From Methanothrix sp. (GTDB lineage: Archaea > Halobacteriota > Methanosarcinia > Methanotrichales > Methanotrichaceae), in the NCBI GenBank assembly GCA_040770465.1, contig JAXGJB010000006.1, positions 32,822 to 96,821 on the forward strand: a stretch of DNA of 64,000 bases. The letters run 5' to 3'. Every line of letters begins with the position of its first letter. Position 1 is the stretch's first letter. This document shows positions 18,237-28,674 of the stretch, piece by piece. The position numbers and the translations under genes were made by a program. The notes below the pieces were generated by a model. It searched no databases, was not told the DNA's origin, and worked only from the letters and a program-made list of their open reading frames with translations.

Positions 18237-18466
18237 CTTTTCGACCCCCAGGATATATGGGAAGTTGGAGGGATATATAGCCCTCTCTAACTCACCTCGG
18301 ATGGGCGTCGATCTCGGGATGATCTTGGATGATCTCTTCGTATGGCCCTCTGCGCTCAGAGGATCTGCCAGCTGCGCGGTATCCGGAGCGCTTGCCCCCC
18401 TCAGGGGGATGATTCCTTCCCCGTCGCCAGAATCCTTTTAACATATTAAACCATAATCGACGCAAT

Positions 18467-18796
18467 ATGGCTGCAACAAAATCGAAGGGGCATGTTATGG
18501 GCTCGAAGATACCACCCACCGAGTTTGAGCAGATCCAACGATTGGTGGACGCTGGGTTTTATCTAAATACATCCGATTTTGTGAGAGATGCAATAAGAGA
18601 TAAGCTAGCATCCATCAAGGTGATCAAATATCGCGACGTGGATTACAAGACCGCTAAGAAAGAGGTTGCAGGATACTTCCAGTCCAGGGGTGAAGCCTAT
18701 CCCTCCGACGCCAGCGAAGATCTGGAGCTGGACTATGACCTAGTATGTGAGATCACCGAAGAGCTCCGAAGAGAGGGGCGGCTGGAGGTCGTCTGA
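18467..18796 (+). CDS. Ribbon-helix-helix (CopG-like) protein with C-terminal HTH-like region
   Basis: IQRLVDAGFYLNTSDFVRDAIRDKL RHH signature. Confidence 0.8.
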   Translation: MAATKSKGHVMGSKIPPTEFEQIQRLVDAGFYLNTSDFVRDAIRDKLASIKVIKYRDVDYKTAKKEVAGYFQSRGEAYPSDASEDLELDYDLVCEITEELRREGRLEVV

Positions 18797-18969
18797 TGGA
18801 AGGATATGAGGTGGGAGACACCATCAGAGGGTCGAGGATATATGCTGAGGCGAGGAAGATCAGCGATCCGGTTGTCATAGTAAAAACAGGGCGGCACAAG
18901 GCCCAGCGAGTCATCTTATCAGAGAACGCCGTGGCGAGGGTCGAGAAGAAGCTGAGGTGGATAGCGTGA
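18796..18969 (+). CDS. 57-aa ORF coupled to the RHH gene, possible toxin remnant (not in ORF track)
   Basis: TGATG overlap; MEGYEVGDTIRGSRIYAEARKISDPVVIVKTGRHKAQRVILSENAVARVEKKLRWIA*. Confidence 0.45.
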   Translation: MEGYEVGDTIRGSRIYAEARKISDPVVIVKTGRHKAQRVILSENAVARVEKKLRWIA

Positions 18970-18999
18970 CCAAAGTCCAGAAGGCGGAGGGGCTCCGAC

Positions 19000-20211
19000 T
19001 CACTGATCGCCGCCTGGAAGTAGATCCTCAAGAAATCTCCGACCGGCCTCTTCGAGATCGCCATCCAACGAGAATTCCAAGCTCCGAACCCTTATTTTTC
19101 CGATCATCTCATCCAAGTTTATGGGTTTTGGATAGATCAGTATCGCCTCATGGCATCCCTTAGCGGTTGCATAGGTTACCACCTGGCTGATGTCGTCGTT
19201 TCCCGGATGGTCCGGCGCTTTGTATTTGGTGTCGAGGACGAAGAGCGCCTTCGGTGTGTCTCTTTCGTAGACCACAAGATCGATGTTGAATTTGATCCTT
19301 CCATCCTGACCGATGACGACTTTCTCTTGAGATTTTACAACAAAATCCGGCAGCTTTTGAGCCTTCAGCTTCAGCCATTCTGCTACAAAGAGCTCGTAAA
19401 GCTTTGCCATATCCACCAGGAAGGGGATCATCGTCCTATCTCCGACCTTATGAGACGGTCCGCTCTGCTCCAAAAAGAAGCGGCATAGGGCGTGCATCGG
19501 CTGATAGTCCTGGTTCAGGCGGTTGTAAAGCCGACCTGCACAATCCTGGGGGTCGCATGGAATAGGAGTTGCCAAGCCCCGAAGAGACTGATAGGCCCTT
19601 CGAACCTGGGGCAAGGATCGCTCGGTGCAGATCCCACTTTGGAGAATTCGCCGCAGCGTCCAGGCTAGGATCTGATTATCCTCGACGTCGGAGGTGTGCT
19701 CCTCGTAGCGACATTCCGGCAAAACGTCCCAGGGTTTCAGGCAGCTCTTCCGGACGTCGAAGCGACCGCGGACATAGGGGATTCGATCTTTCTGGGGTTG
19801 ATAAGATCGAAAGAAGCCCTTGCGCCCCCGGTCGAGGACCCTGAGGGCGAAGAGCTTGGCCAGGGTCTCGTAAAATTCCTCCAATGAGTCGCATTCGGTT
19901 AAGCCCTCAGGAAACTTGAGGCTATTGCTCTTTAGCTGGTAGGCGTACTCCAGCATCCCAAACAAGTTCCTTATCTCCACTTTTGGCAGGAGGGCGATCT
20001 GAAACTCTGGGGTCAGGGGTATGTGACCCGCCCAGCCGTTTGCAGTCAGAGACCACTGGTTGCCGTTCTTGAAGGATGGCTCATCTATCGAGATCTGGCT
20101 CCCATAGCTCTGCCATATCTTCATGCCAAGCTCTTCGGAGATCTCGGATCTGGGAAACCTTCGAGTCTCGTACTCCACAAGCTCGATCCGCTGAATTTCC
20201 CTGGAGTTCAT
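19000..20211 (-). CDS. mcrC: McrC-family restriction endonuclease subunit
   Basis: LLPKV..NLFGMLEYAY, DMAKLYELFV, IDLVV...LDTKYK PD-(D/E)xK, DISQVVTYA. Confidence 0.9.
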   Translation of the reverse strand: MNSREIQRIELVEYETRRFPRSEISEELGMKIWQSYGSQISIDEPSFKNGNQWSLTANGWAGHIPLTPEFQIALLPKVEIRNLFGMLEYAYQLKSNSLKFPEGLTECDSLEEFYETLAKLFALRVLDRGRKGFFRSYQPQKDRIPYVRGRFDVRKSCLKPWDVLPECRYEEHTSDVEDNQILAWTLRRILQSGICTERSLPQVRRAYQSLRGLATPIPCDPQDCAGRLYNRLNQDYQPMHALCRFFLEQSGPSHKVGDRTMIPFLVDMAKLYELFVAEWLKLKAQKLPDFVVKSQEKVVIGQDGRIKFNIDLVVYERDTPKALFVLDTKYKAPDHPGNDDISQVVTYATAKGCHEAILIYPKPINLDEMIGKIRVRSLEFSLDGDLEEAGRRFLEDLLPGGDQ

Positions 20212-22823
20212 GGCATGATCTCTCTTTTGACCTCATCCCAACGGAAGTCATCGACCTTCTCAGGCCGGTCGAAGAAGTACTCGTCCAGGTAGGGCTCGAT
20301 CTCCATCTTCCAGACGTCCTCTATCTCCTCGGCGAGGTCTTCCCGGAGGAAGAAGGATATCCCTACCTCGAAGTGGCTGTCGTTTATCTGGGTGTTCAGT
20401 CGGCGCAAAACCCCGATCAGCCCCTCGACGGCAAAGCCAGTATCGCGATTTTGGTGATACGAGCGAAGAACATCGTGATTCGGCTGGAGCCGCAGGAAGG
20501 CGAAGCGCCGCCTGAGGGCGTGATCCACCAGGGCGATGGAGCGGTCTGCGGTGTTCATCGTCCCGATGATGAGGACGTTATCGGGTATCCGGAGATACCC
20601 GCCACCAGCCAGGGGGATCGAACGATCGCGATATTCGAGGAGGTACATCAGTTCCCCGAAGACCTGGGATAGGTTCGCCCGGTTGATCTCGTCGATGATC
20701 AGAACGCAGGTTCCGCTGCGAGAGTCTGCCCGCTCGCAGAATTCGAGGAATCGTCCCGGAACGAGGGGGTACCTCAGCCCGCCGTCGTCGTCCGATTGCG
20801 GCCTTATCCCCTGGATGAAGTCCTCGTAGGCGTAGGCGGGATGGAACTGGACCAGGTCGGCGAAGCCATCTCCACCGCCGATCAGGTGTTTTGCCAGATG
20901 TTCGGCGACGTACGTCTTCCCGGTCCCCGGCGGGCCGTATAGGACGGCCTGGCCCTTCCGCTTGATGGCGCGAACCCAGCGCTCTAAGGTTTCGAGATCG
21001 AAGCCGGTATCTTCGGCGCAATCGGACAGTGGATACTCTCCGTTTTCTTGGAACTCAGGGGACATTGCCGATCCTAAGAAATCGGGCCAATCGGTATCAG
21101 GCTGTGATCGTCGGATAATATCAAGCCCCTCAGAATTTAGCCGAAATAAATATCCCTGTTTTACGCCACCGTTGTTGTTTAGAGGGCCTTGATTTATATC
21201 GAGTTTCGAAAGCGATTGTGAGAATTTGTCCAATGCGATGGGAGGCTTTAGCTCATGATAATCGACTCGAACAAGATTACCTTCTTGGGACCAATTTCTT
21301 CCGTTCATGGCGTGCGGATCTTTGGTCTTTTTTGCAGGCTCAATAACTCGGCTTACATAACGTAAGTAGCCGTTGGCGTAATGAATGATAGTATCATCAT
21401 TGCCTACATCTGACAAGTTGTCCCAGTGATAAATAGAACGTCCCGTTTTGGACTTTATCGGCGCCCAGATATAGCCGCCATTTAATTCTACATCGAGCGT
21501 TGATCCCTGGTTGACCCACCAAATGTTCTTTGCCACAATTCCGGCGCCAAATGAGCCCGCAAGCAGTTCTTCACGTCTTTTCGTATCAAATGCTGCGTGT
21601 GCAAATCGTTCTTGATATTTATTCCGCCAAGGCGATCTTTTCCAATCTTTGAACTTGTTTGCAATATGATTTAGAGCCTCTTCGTAGGCGTTAAAGATCT
21701 CGTCTCCAGAGGACATGGCCATTTCAATCGGTATCTTGTAGTTTCTTATGTCGGGGTCATCCTCATCTTGAGCAAAAACGAATGATACAAAACTTTCGTC
21801 CAAAATATTTTGATTTGATGAAAGTGTTATAGTAACGCTATCTGAAGCGTGATCTTTTGAGCCATCGAATCCCAATACCAACCAAGGGCCAAAACTCAGA
21901 TGGAGAGTTCTCCCACCGGATCTTATCGGTATTGTGATCGAAAAACGCTCATCATCGAGACTATTGACGCCTAGACGCTCAAGGGTCATCTTCAGCAAAT
22001 CAAAAGCCCATCCGGCCTCCAGCTTGTTCCTGAAGATCTTTTCACATATTTTAGCAAATGGTTCAGAGAGCTCTTTTGGGTCTAGGTCCAGGAAGTTTTG
22101 GATATCATCGGAAGCTTCCCTTTTGAGATCATATCTCTTGATTGCCACCAACCAGTGAGTGAACATATCGAAGAGATCATCTGATCTAATTCCTGAAATC
22201 CCAAAATCGCCAATGTCGTCTGAGATGTCGTTTACCAGTGAACGTGCCATCTCATTGATTGAGGGGTAATCTGCCAAACTTGACGAATAGGACGTGCCGG
22301 AGAAGTAGTTGACAGCTCGCCTCGATTTGTTGTTTATCAAGATGAAATCATCCGGCCTGAGTGCATGGAGGATCGGCGTCAAGGTACCGGCTTGAAAACC
22401 TTTGGAGTAAGGTGAATCTGAAAACTCGTCACATGCGATCTTTAACTCTTCTGGATGATCATTGCAACGGCGAACAAAACGCAAAATCGAGTTCGCTACT
22501 TTGGGCCAATCTTCCGGTTTTGTCCATCCTGCAGCTTCGAACCTCTTCTTCACATCGACTTTAAAAACCGAAGCGATGGAGATCCAATAATTCATTTCTC
22601 GATTGGCTTTGGTATCTTCATAGGGAAGCAACTTTATCAAGACTTTTTCGGTTACATCCTCGCCTCGCCCTTCAGCCTGGAGGATAGCCTCAAAATTCTT
22701 CTTGCCCTCTTCCCTCTCTTCTTCGTAATGCCCAAGATGAGACTGACCTTTAGACGTGAGAGGATAGCTATGTGCAAATTCACGAAAAAGCTCGATAAAC
22801 TCGGCCCTCTTCTCCGCCAGCAA
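20208..22823 (-). CDS. mcrB: McrB-family AAA+ GTPase with long N-terminal recognition region
   Basis: GPPGTGKT, VQFHPAYAYEDF, IIDEINRAN, GTMNTADRS, ALRRRF; TTG start with GGAGG RBS. Confidence 0.92.
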   Translation of the reverse strand: MLAEKRAEFIELFREFAHSYPLTSKGQSHLGHYEEEREEGKKNFEAILQAEGRGEDVTEKVLIKLLPYEDTKANREMNYWISIASVFKVDVKKRFEAAGWTKPEDWPKVANSILRFVRRCNDHPEELKIACDEFSDSPYSKGFQAGTLTPILHALRPDDFILINNKSRRAVNYFSGTSYSSSLADYPSINEMARSLVNDISDDIGDFGISGIRSDDLFDMFTHWLVAIKRYDLKREASDDIQNFLDLDPKELSEPFAKICEKIFRNKLEAGWAFDLLKMTLERLGVNSLDDERFSITIPIRSGGRTLHLSFGPWLVLGFDGSKDHASDSVTITLSSNQNILDESFVSFVFAQDEDDPDIRNYKIPIEMAMSSGDEIFNAYEEALNHIANKFKDWKRSPWRNKYQERFAHAAFDTKRREELLAGSFGAGIVAKNIWWVNQGSTLDVELNGGYIWAPIKSKTGRSIYHWDNLSDVGNDDTIIHYANGYLRYVSRVIEPAKKTKDPHAMNGRNWSQEGNLVRVDYHELKPPIALDKFSQSLSKLDINQGPLNNNGGVKQGYLFRLNSEGLDIIRRSQPDTDWPDFLGSAMSPEFQENGEYPLSDCAEDTGFDLETLERWVRAIKRKGQAVLYGPPGTGKTYVAEHLAKHLIGGGDGFADLVQFHPAYAYEDFIQGIRPQSDDDGGLRYPLVPGRFLEFCERADSRSGTCVLIIDEINRANLSQVFGELMYLLEYRDRSIPLAGGGYLRIPDNVLIIGTMNTADRSIALVDHALRRRFAFLRLQPNHDVLRSYHQNRDTGFAVEGLIGVLRRLNTQINDSHFEVGISFFLREDLAEEIEDVWKMEIEPYLDEYFFDRPEKVDDFRWDEVKREIMP

Positions 22824-23020
22824 GCCAAATCTCCTCCATGTTTATATCCGAAATCAAGCCCATAACCTCGAAGCCCGACTTGCGGGACACGATGCTGGCA
22901 TCAGCGAAAAATGTTTTGCTGAATCAAGATGTCATTTGACCTGTTTTTTTACCGCTGGCTCACTCAAGTGGATGAATCAGATCACAACCTATAAGCCCTT
23001 AGAGCCCTTACGGCGCTTAC

Positions 23021-23212
23021 GTGGGCGAAGTGGAAGATAAAATGATCCCAGTGACCCGCGAAGTTTGGGAAGGCCTATCGGACCTCAAAAGGCCGAAAGA
23101 GACGTTCACGACCCTCCTCGCAGAGATGATCGAGCACGAGAAGACCCGGCGGCTCTTCCTCGATATGGACGAAATCGAGAAGGAGGGCAACTTCGTGGAG
23201 CTGCACATTTAA
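23021..23212 (+). CDS. Orphan small antitoxin-like protein
   Basis: IPVTREVWEGLSDLKRPKETFTTLLAEMIE resembles archaeal RHH-type antitoxins; no toxin ORF follows. Confidence 0.6.
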   Translation: MGEVEDKMIPVTREVWEGLSDLKRPKETFTTLLAEMIEHEKTRRLFLDMDEIEKEGNFVELHI

Positions 23213-23388
23213 CCTTCTCCTTGACTCCTACCTTCTCCGAGATTATATTTGAATTAATTTATATCCAACGGAGGCATCTCCGTCGATCCCCCTCTCCTGC
23301 TGGTAGGTATTTAAATCATTGAAAGCCAATAAAGACCGGAGGTCATTTCGCAGAAGAATAGTGATCGCCCTTCCCGGAGGTTGAGCTT

Positions 23389-26127
23389 GTGGTCGATGAC
23401 GAAAAAAGATGGCATTCTCTCAGCGTCGAAGAGGCGTTTGACGTCCTGAAATCGAGTCCGAGGGGCCTTGCCACCTCGGAGGCCGAAAAGAGGCTGGAAG
23501 AGTACGGCCCAAACGAGCTTCAAGAAGAGGAGGGGACGGGCAGGCTCGCCCTTTTGGCAGAGCAGGTCAAAAACCCCCTCATCGCCGTTTTGGCCCTGGC
23601 GGCGATCATATCCCTCCTGGCGGGCAAGACGATAGACGCCGTCGTCATCGTCGGCGTGATCAGCATAAATACCATCCTCGGCTTTTATAAGGAGTACAAG
23701 GCAGAGGAGGCGATCCTCGCCCTCCAGTCCCAGGCCTCCCCCGAGGCGAGGGCCCTCCGGGACTCTTCTGATTCCGGCCCGCGGAAGGAGACGCGGATCA
23801 AAGCGAGGGAGCTCGTCCCCGGCGACGTCATCCTCCTGGAGGCGGGGTCCCGGGTTCCCGCCGACGCCCGGACCATCGAGGCCGCAAACCTGGAGGCGGA
23901 CGAGTCGATGCTCACCGGCGAGTCCGTCCCCTCGAGGAAGAGGGCCGAGCCCCTCGCAGGAGACCTCCCCATCGGCGACCGGGATAACATCCTCTTCGCC
24001 GGGACGATCATCACCCAGGGGAGGGCGAAAGCCCTCGTCTTCTCGACGGGGATGGCCACCGAGATGGGGAAGATCGCCGGGATGATCACAAAGACCGGAA
24101 AGACCGCCACGCCCCTCAAAGGGCGGACCCTGGACCTGAGCAAGAAGCTGATGATCCTCGCCTTCGTCGCCAGCAGCGTAACCCTGGCGGCGGGGCTCCT
24201 GAGGGGCTTTGAGTTCGTCGAGCTCGCCCTCTTCACCCTGGCGATGGCGGTCTCGGCGATCCCCGAGGGTCTCCCGGCGGTGATAACCGTCACCCTGGCG
24301 GTGGGCGTCAGCCGGATGGCGAAGAGGAACGCCATCATCCGGAAGCTCGACGCAGTCGAGGCCCTCGGCTCCGTCACCGCCATCTGCACCGACAAAACCG
24401 GGACCCTCACCACCAACCAGATGACCGTCCAGAAGATCTTCCTGGGGAGGGGGATGGTGGACGTCTCCGGCGCCGGCTTCCGCCCCCAGGGGGAGTTTGA
24501 GATGGACGGCGCCCGGATCGACGCCGCCAGGGACCCGGACCTCTCGAGTCTCCTCCAGATCGCCGCCCTCTGCAACGACTCAGTTCTCAAGGCCTCGGAG
24601 GAGGGGGACGGCGAGAGGTGGGAGGTCCTCGGCGACCCCACCGAAGGCGCTCTGGTGGTGGCGGCGGCCAAGGCCGGCCTGGACCGGGATCGGCTGGCAG
24701 AAGATCGTCCCAGGATCGGCGAGATCCCCTTCGACTCCAGCAAAAAGTACATGGCCACCATCCACCGGACCCCGGAAGGGCGGGCGGTCGCCTACCTCAA
24801 GGGCGCCCCCGAGGTGATCCTGGGCTTCTCCTCCGATATCCTCGTCGACGGCCAGGTCGAGAAGCTGGACCAGAACCGGAAGGAGGACCTCCTCAGGGCG
24901 AGCGGCGGCATGGCCGAGGGGGCTCTGAGGGTCCTGGCCATGGCCTATCGAGAGCTGGACGAGGCCGAGATCGGATCCTTCAAGGATGCGGGCCCGAAAG
25001 ATCTAGTCTTCGCCGGCTTCTCCGGGATGATAGACCCCCCCAGGCCCGAGGCGATAACCTCCATCGCCCTCTGCCAACGGGCCGGGATCAGGGTTATGAT
25101 GGCCACCGGCGACCACAGGGTCACCGCCGAGGCGATCGCAAAGGAGATCGGGATCGCCTCGGAGGGGTCGAAGACCCTCGCAGGCTCCGACCTCGACGAT
25201 ATGGACGACGAAGCCCTCGCTGAGGTGATAGAGGAGGTCGCCGTCTTCGCCCGGGTCTCTCCCGAGGACAAGTACAGGATCGTGGAGGCCCTGAGGAGGC
25301 GGGGTCACATCGTCGCCATGACCGGCGACGGGGCGAACGACGCTCCCGCCCTGAAGTTGGCGGAGGTGGGGATAGCCATGGGGATCGCAGGAACCGACGT
25401 CACCAAGGAGACGGCCGACATGATCCTCACCGACGACAACTTCAGGAGCATCGTCAGCGCCGTCGAGGAGGGGAGGGTGATCTTCGAAAACATCCGGAAG
25501 GTGGTCAAGTACCTCATCAGCACCAACGCCGGTGAGATCCTGACAATCCTCACCGCCATCACCATCCTGATGATCAACACCCTCATCTTCACCCCGGTCC
25601 AGATCCTCTGGGTGAACCTGGTCACCGACGGCCTTTTGGGGGTAACCCTAGCCATGGAGCCGAAGGAGAAGAAGATCATGGATCAGCCCCCGAGGCGTCC
25701 CGGCGAGAAGATCATCAACCGGGAGATCCTCATGAACGTCATCTTCGTGGCGATCTTCATGGCCGCAGGAACCCTCTTCGTATTCACCAGGCAATGGAAC
25801 GGCGGCGAGATCTTGAGGGCCCAGACGATGGGGTTCACCACCATGGCCATGTTCCAGGTCTTCAACGCCCTCAACTGCAGGTCCAGGACCGAGTCCATAT
25901 TCACTCTGGGTCTCCTCTCGAATAAGCATCTGATCGGGGCGATAGCGGTCTCCTTAACTCTCCAGATGCTGGTGACCGTCGTCCCAGCCTTCCAGTTGGC
26001 CCTTGGGACCGTCGCCCTAACTCTAGTCGACTGGGCGACGATCTTCGCCGTAGCCAGCACCGTCCTCTTCGGGGACGAGGTGAGGAAGCTGGTCGGCAGG
26101 AGAAGGGCAAAAAGCCCCTCCATCTGA
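23389..26127 (+). CDS. P-type IIA cation (Ca2+-like) transporting ATPase
   Basis: TGES, PEGL, DKTGTLT, KGAPE, TGD, GDGANDAPAL. Confidence 0.95.
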   Translation: MVDDEKRWHSLSVEEAFDVLKSSPRGLATSEAEKRLEEYGPNELQEEEGTGRLALLAEQVKNPLIAVLALAAIISLLAGKTIDAVVIVGVISINTILGFYKEYKAEEAILALQSQASPEARALRDSSDSGPRKETRIKARELVPGDVILLEAGSRVPADARTIEAANLEADESMLTGESVPSRKRAEPLAGDLPIGDRDNILFAGTIITQGRAKALVFSTGMATEMGKIAGMITKTGKTATPLKGRTLDLSKKLMILAFVASSVTLAAGLLRGFEFVELALFTLAMAVSAIPEGLPAVITVTLAVGVSRMAKRNAIIRKLDAVEALGSVTAICTDKTGTLTTNQMTVQKIFLGRGMVDVSGAGFRPQGEFEMDGARIDAARDPDLSSLLQIAALCNDSVLKASEEGDGERWEVLGDPTEGALVVAAAKAGLDRDRLAEDRPRIGEIPFDSSKKYMATIHRTPEGRAVAYLKGAPEVILGFSSDILVDGQVEKLDQNRKEDLLRASGGMAEGALRVLAMAYRELDEAEIGSFKDAGPKDLVFAGFSGMIDPPRPEAITSIALCQRAGIRVMMATGDHRVTAEAIAKEIGIASEGSKTLAGSDLDDMDDEALAEVIEEVAVFARVSPEDKYRIVEALRRRGHIVAMTGDGANDAPALKLAEVGIAMGIAGTDVTKETADMILTDDNFRSIVSAVEEGRVIFENIRKVVKYLISTNAGEILTILTAITILMINTLIFTPVQILWVNLVTDGLLGVTLAMEPKEKKIMDQPPRRPGEKIINREILMNVIFVAIFMAAGTLFVFTRQWNGGEILRAQTMGFTTMAMFQVFNALNCRSRTESIFTLGLLSNKHLIGAIAVSLTLQMLVTVVPAFQLALGTVALTLVDWATIFAVASTVLFGDEVRKLVGRRRAKSPSI

Positions 26128-26352
26128 ACGACGGCCCGGACGGCATTCGCCTCCGGGACCCCACCCCGGGGGCGATATGAAACCCCTCATCTCCGATCGA
26201 TCCGAAAGTCTGCGGTAGCGATCGTCGAATTTCGCATGGCGATCGCTCCATGAGATATGAGAATATCAAAAAAGATTTTTCCAGATCGGTGCGGTTCATA
26301 GGGCTATCTATTTATCCCCACCTCGCCCAAGCTTCATCGAGAGGGAGGGACT

Positions 26353-27333
26353 TTGACGGAAGATGACATCTTCAAGGACCTGGGAATAAGGCCCTTTCGG
26401 AGGCTGAACAAAAGCGGGAGGCCCGCGCCGCATCTCTCCCTGCGGTTCGACTCCCACCTCTTCTCGATAGACACCAGCCGCTCGCCGAAAAGCTCCCTCC
26501 AGCCCGACGCCTACCTCATAACCCACGCCCACAGCGACCACTACGGCAAATCGGCGATGCTCTCGCCCGACGCCATCGCGTCGCGGGAGACGGCCCGGGC
26601 CCTGGAGATCAGACACGATCGAAGGTACGAGGGTCGAACCTTCTCAGTCGGCGGGAGCATCGTCGTCGACGAGCTGGAGATCAAAACCTACTCCACCGGC
26701 CACACCATCGGCTCCGTCGCCTTCGGCTGGGAGACCGAGGTGGGAACCAGGGTCCTCGTCACCGGGGACGTCAAAAACTACGAGAACCTCCCCAAATGCG
26801 ATCTGCTGGTGACCGAGGCGAACTACGGCGACCCCTGGGACCCAGCCTGCAGGTTCGAGGACGACATCGTCGGCTTCGGCGACGCCGTCGAGGCTGGCGC
26901 CACCTTCGGTGCCTACGCCTTCGGCAAGGCCCAGCGGGCGGTATCTCTTATTCGGGCGCTGGGATGCAAGGAGGAGATCGGGATGGATGAGAAGAGCCTC
27001 GCCCTCACCAGGGAGCTTTTGCCCGGCTTCGGCCCTTTTACCCCTGTGGAGGAGAACGGGACCGAGATCAACGTCGTCACCCCCTGGGAGCTGGCCGGCA
27101 TGAGGTCGAAGAGAAAGTACGTCCTCACCGGGAGGAGCGACCTCCCCTTCACCCAGATCCGGATCAGCGACCACCTCGACTTCAAGGGGTTGATGAGGAT
27201 GGTGGAGAGGATCTCCCCCGAAGCCGCCCTGATATACCACCCCGAGGGAAAGAGGGCGAACATGATGGCCCACCACCTCCGGGAGCTGGGGATGTCCTCG
27301 ATCTCCGTCAGCGAAGTCGAGGACTCTTTTTAG
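26353..27333 (+). CDS. Metallo-beta-lactamase fold hydrolase (beta-CASP-like)
   Basis: THAHSDH, GHTIGS, TGD, EANYG, SDHLD. Confidence 0.85.
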   Translation: MTEDDIFKDLGIRPFRRLNKSGRPAPHLSLRFDSHLFSIDTSRSPKSSLQPDAYLITHAHSDHYGKSAMLSPDAIASRETARALEIRHDRRYEGRTFSVGGSIVVDELEIKTYSTGHTIGSVAFGWETEVGTRVLVTGDVKNYENLPKCDLLVTEANYGDPWDPACRFEDDIVGFGDAVEAGATFGAYAFGKAQRAVSLIRALGCKEEIGMDEKSLALTRELLPGFGPFTPVEENGTEINVVTPWELAGMRSKRKYVLTGRSDLPFTQIRISDHLDFKGLMRMVERISPEAALIYHPEGKRANMMAHHLRELGMSSISVSEVEDSF

Positions 27334-27411
27334 AGCCGATTTTTGAGATTTGAGAGAGATGTTCCAGAGAAGCTTCTGAGACAGAGACGGTTCAGAGACG
27401 TTTCAGTCAGG

Positions 27412-28674
27412 TCAGAGATAGTACGCCAGAAGCGGCACCATCAGGACCCCCATGGCGTGGGTCTTTCTGACCCCTGCAAAGGGGGCCACGAGGCCCAGGA
27501 CCGTCGATACAAAATAGAGGAAGAGGCCGAAGGGGCCAGTGAAACAGAAGGTCATCGCCGTCAGGAAGGCCAGGACGGCTATGCAAATAATCCTGTAGTT
27601 CAGACGCCTCACCACCTTCGCCGCCATCCTCCCCGCCGCGAGGGTGGCGAAGTAGGAGAGGATGGAGACCGATAGGACGATGGTCACCATGACCAGGAGA
27701 AGGCGTCCGTCCAGGTCCACCAGCTCCTCGATGGCGACGGCGGCGCCGGACCGGGGCCTTCCGACGACGAGGAGGGCCACCAAAGTGAATAGAGAGTTGG
27801 CGGTGTTCACCCCGGAGACGCTGACGAGAAACTCCCGGTTCGACCCCTCCGACCCGAGCCTTGAGGCGACGGTGGCCACCGCCGGGGTCACCCCTGGAAC
27901 CCAGGCAACCACCGACCCCGCAAGCCCTCCAAGGAAGGCGGACCTGGCGATGGCCCAGGTCGAGAGGTCAAACTCCGTCTCCCTCTGCTCTGGAACCTCG
28001 GCCTTGGAGGCGAGGCTCAAGAGGAGCATCGAGGCGCCGAAAAGACCGCCGAGGAGGGGCAGGAGAACCTCGGGCTGAAATCCCAGGGGCGAACGTGCGA
28101 TATCCTGATGTCCGAAGGCAAATATCCCGAGATAACCGGTCGAGAGGAAGAGGACGAGGGCGAAGAGCTTGTACTTGATGTGCACAAGCGACCCCTGCCC
28201 CTCGATCATCCGGCCCCGCTCCGTCAGGATCATGAGGGCCGCAATCGAGAGGATGACGAGGCCTACATGCTCCATGAACGGGGCGTAGAACCTGCCGAAC
28301 AGGAGCGATAAGGGAACGATCAAAATCAGAGCCACCAGGACCGAGGAGGCGCTCCCCAAGGCCGAGAGGCGGACCGCCTCAACCCCCCGCCCGTCGAGCA
28401 TCATCTCGTGGCCCGGGAGTACGGCGAGGGCGGTGTCGGCGTCGGGAGCGCCAATGAATATCGACGGCACTATGTCGAGGAAGGTGTGGGCGACGCTCGC
28501 CGCCAGGATCGCCGCCGCGAGATCGAAGGGATCAAGCCCGAGATCCAGAAAGGCGGGGGATAGGGCTAGCAGCAGAGCCGCAAAGTTGTTGGTGTGAAGT
28601 CCTGGCGTAAGGCCGCTGCATATTCCGAGAAGAAAGCCTCCTGCCACCGATATTCCCAGTGCTATATCTGCCAT
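27412..28674 (-). CDS. TctA-like tripartite tricarboxylate transporter permease (archaeal)
   Basis: GLTPGLHTN, HTFLDIVPSIFIGAPD...VLPGH; many TMs. Confidence 0.85.
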   Translation of the reverse strand: MADIALGISVAGGFLLGICSGLTPGLHTNNFAALLLALSPAFLDLGLDPFDLAAAILAASVAHTFLDIVPSIFIGAPDADTALAVLPGHEMMLDGRGVEAVRLSALGSASSVLVALILIVPLSLLFGRFYAPFMEHVGLVILSIAALMILTERGRMIEGQGSLVHIKYKLFALVLFLSTGYLGIFAFGHQDIARSPLGFQPEVLLPLLGGLFGASMLLLSLASKAEVPEQRETEFDLSTWAIARSAFLGGLAGSVVAWVPGVTPAVATVASRLGSEGSNREFLVSVSGVNTANSLFTLVALLVVGRPRSGAAVAIEELVDLDGRLLLVMVTIVLSVSILSYFATLAAGRMAAKVVRRLNYRIICIAVLAFLTAMTFCFTGPFGLFLYFVSTVLGLVAPFAGVRKTHAMGVLMVPLLAYYL

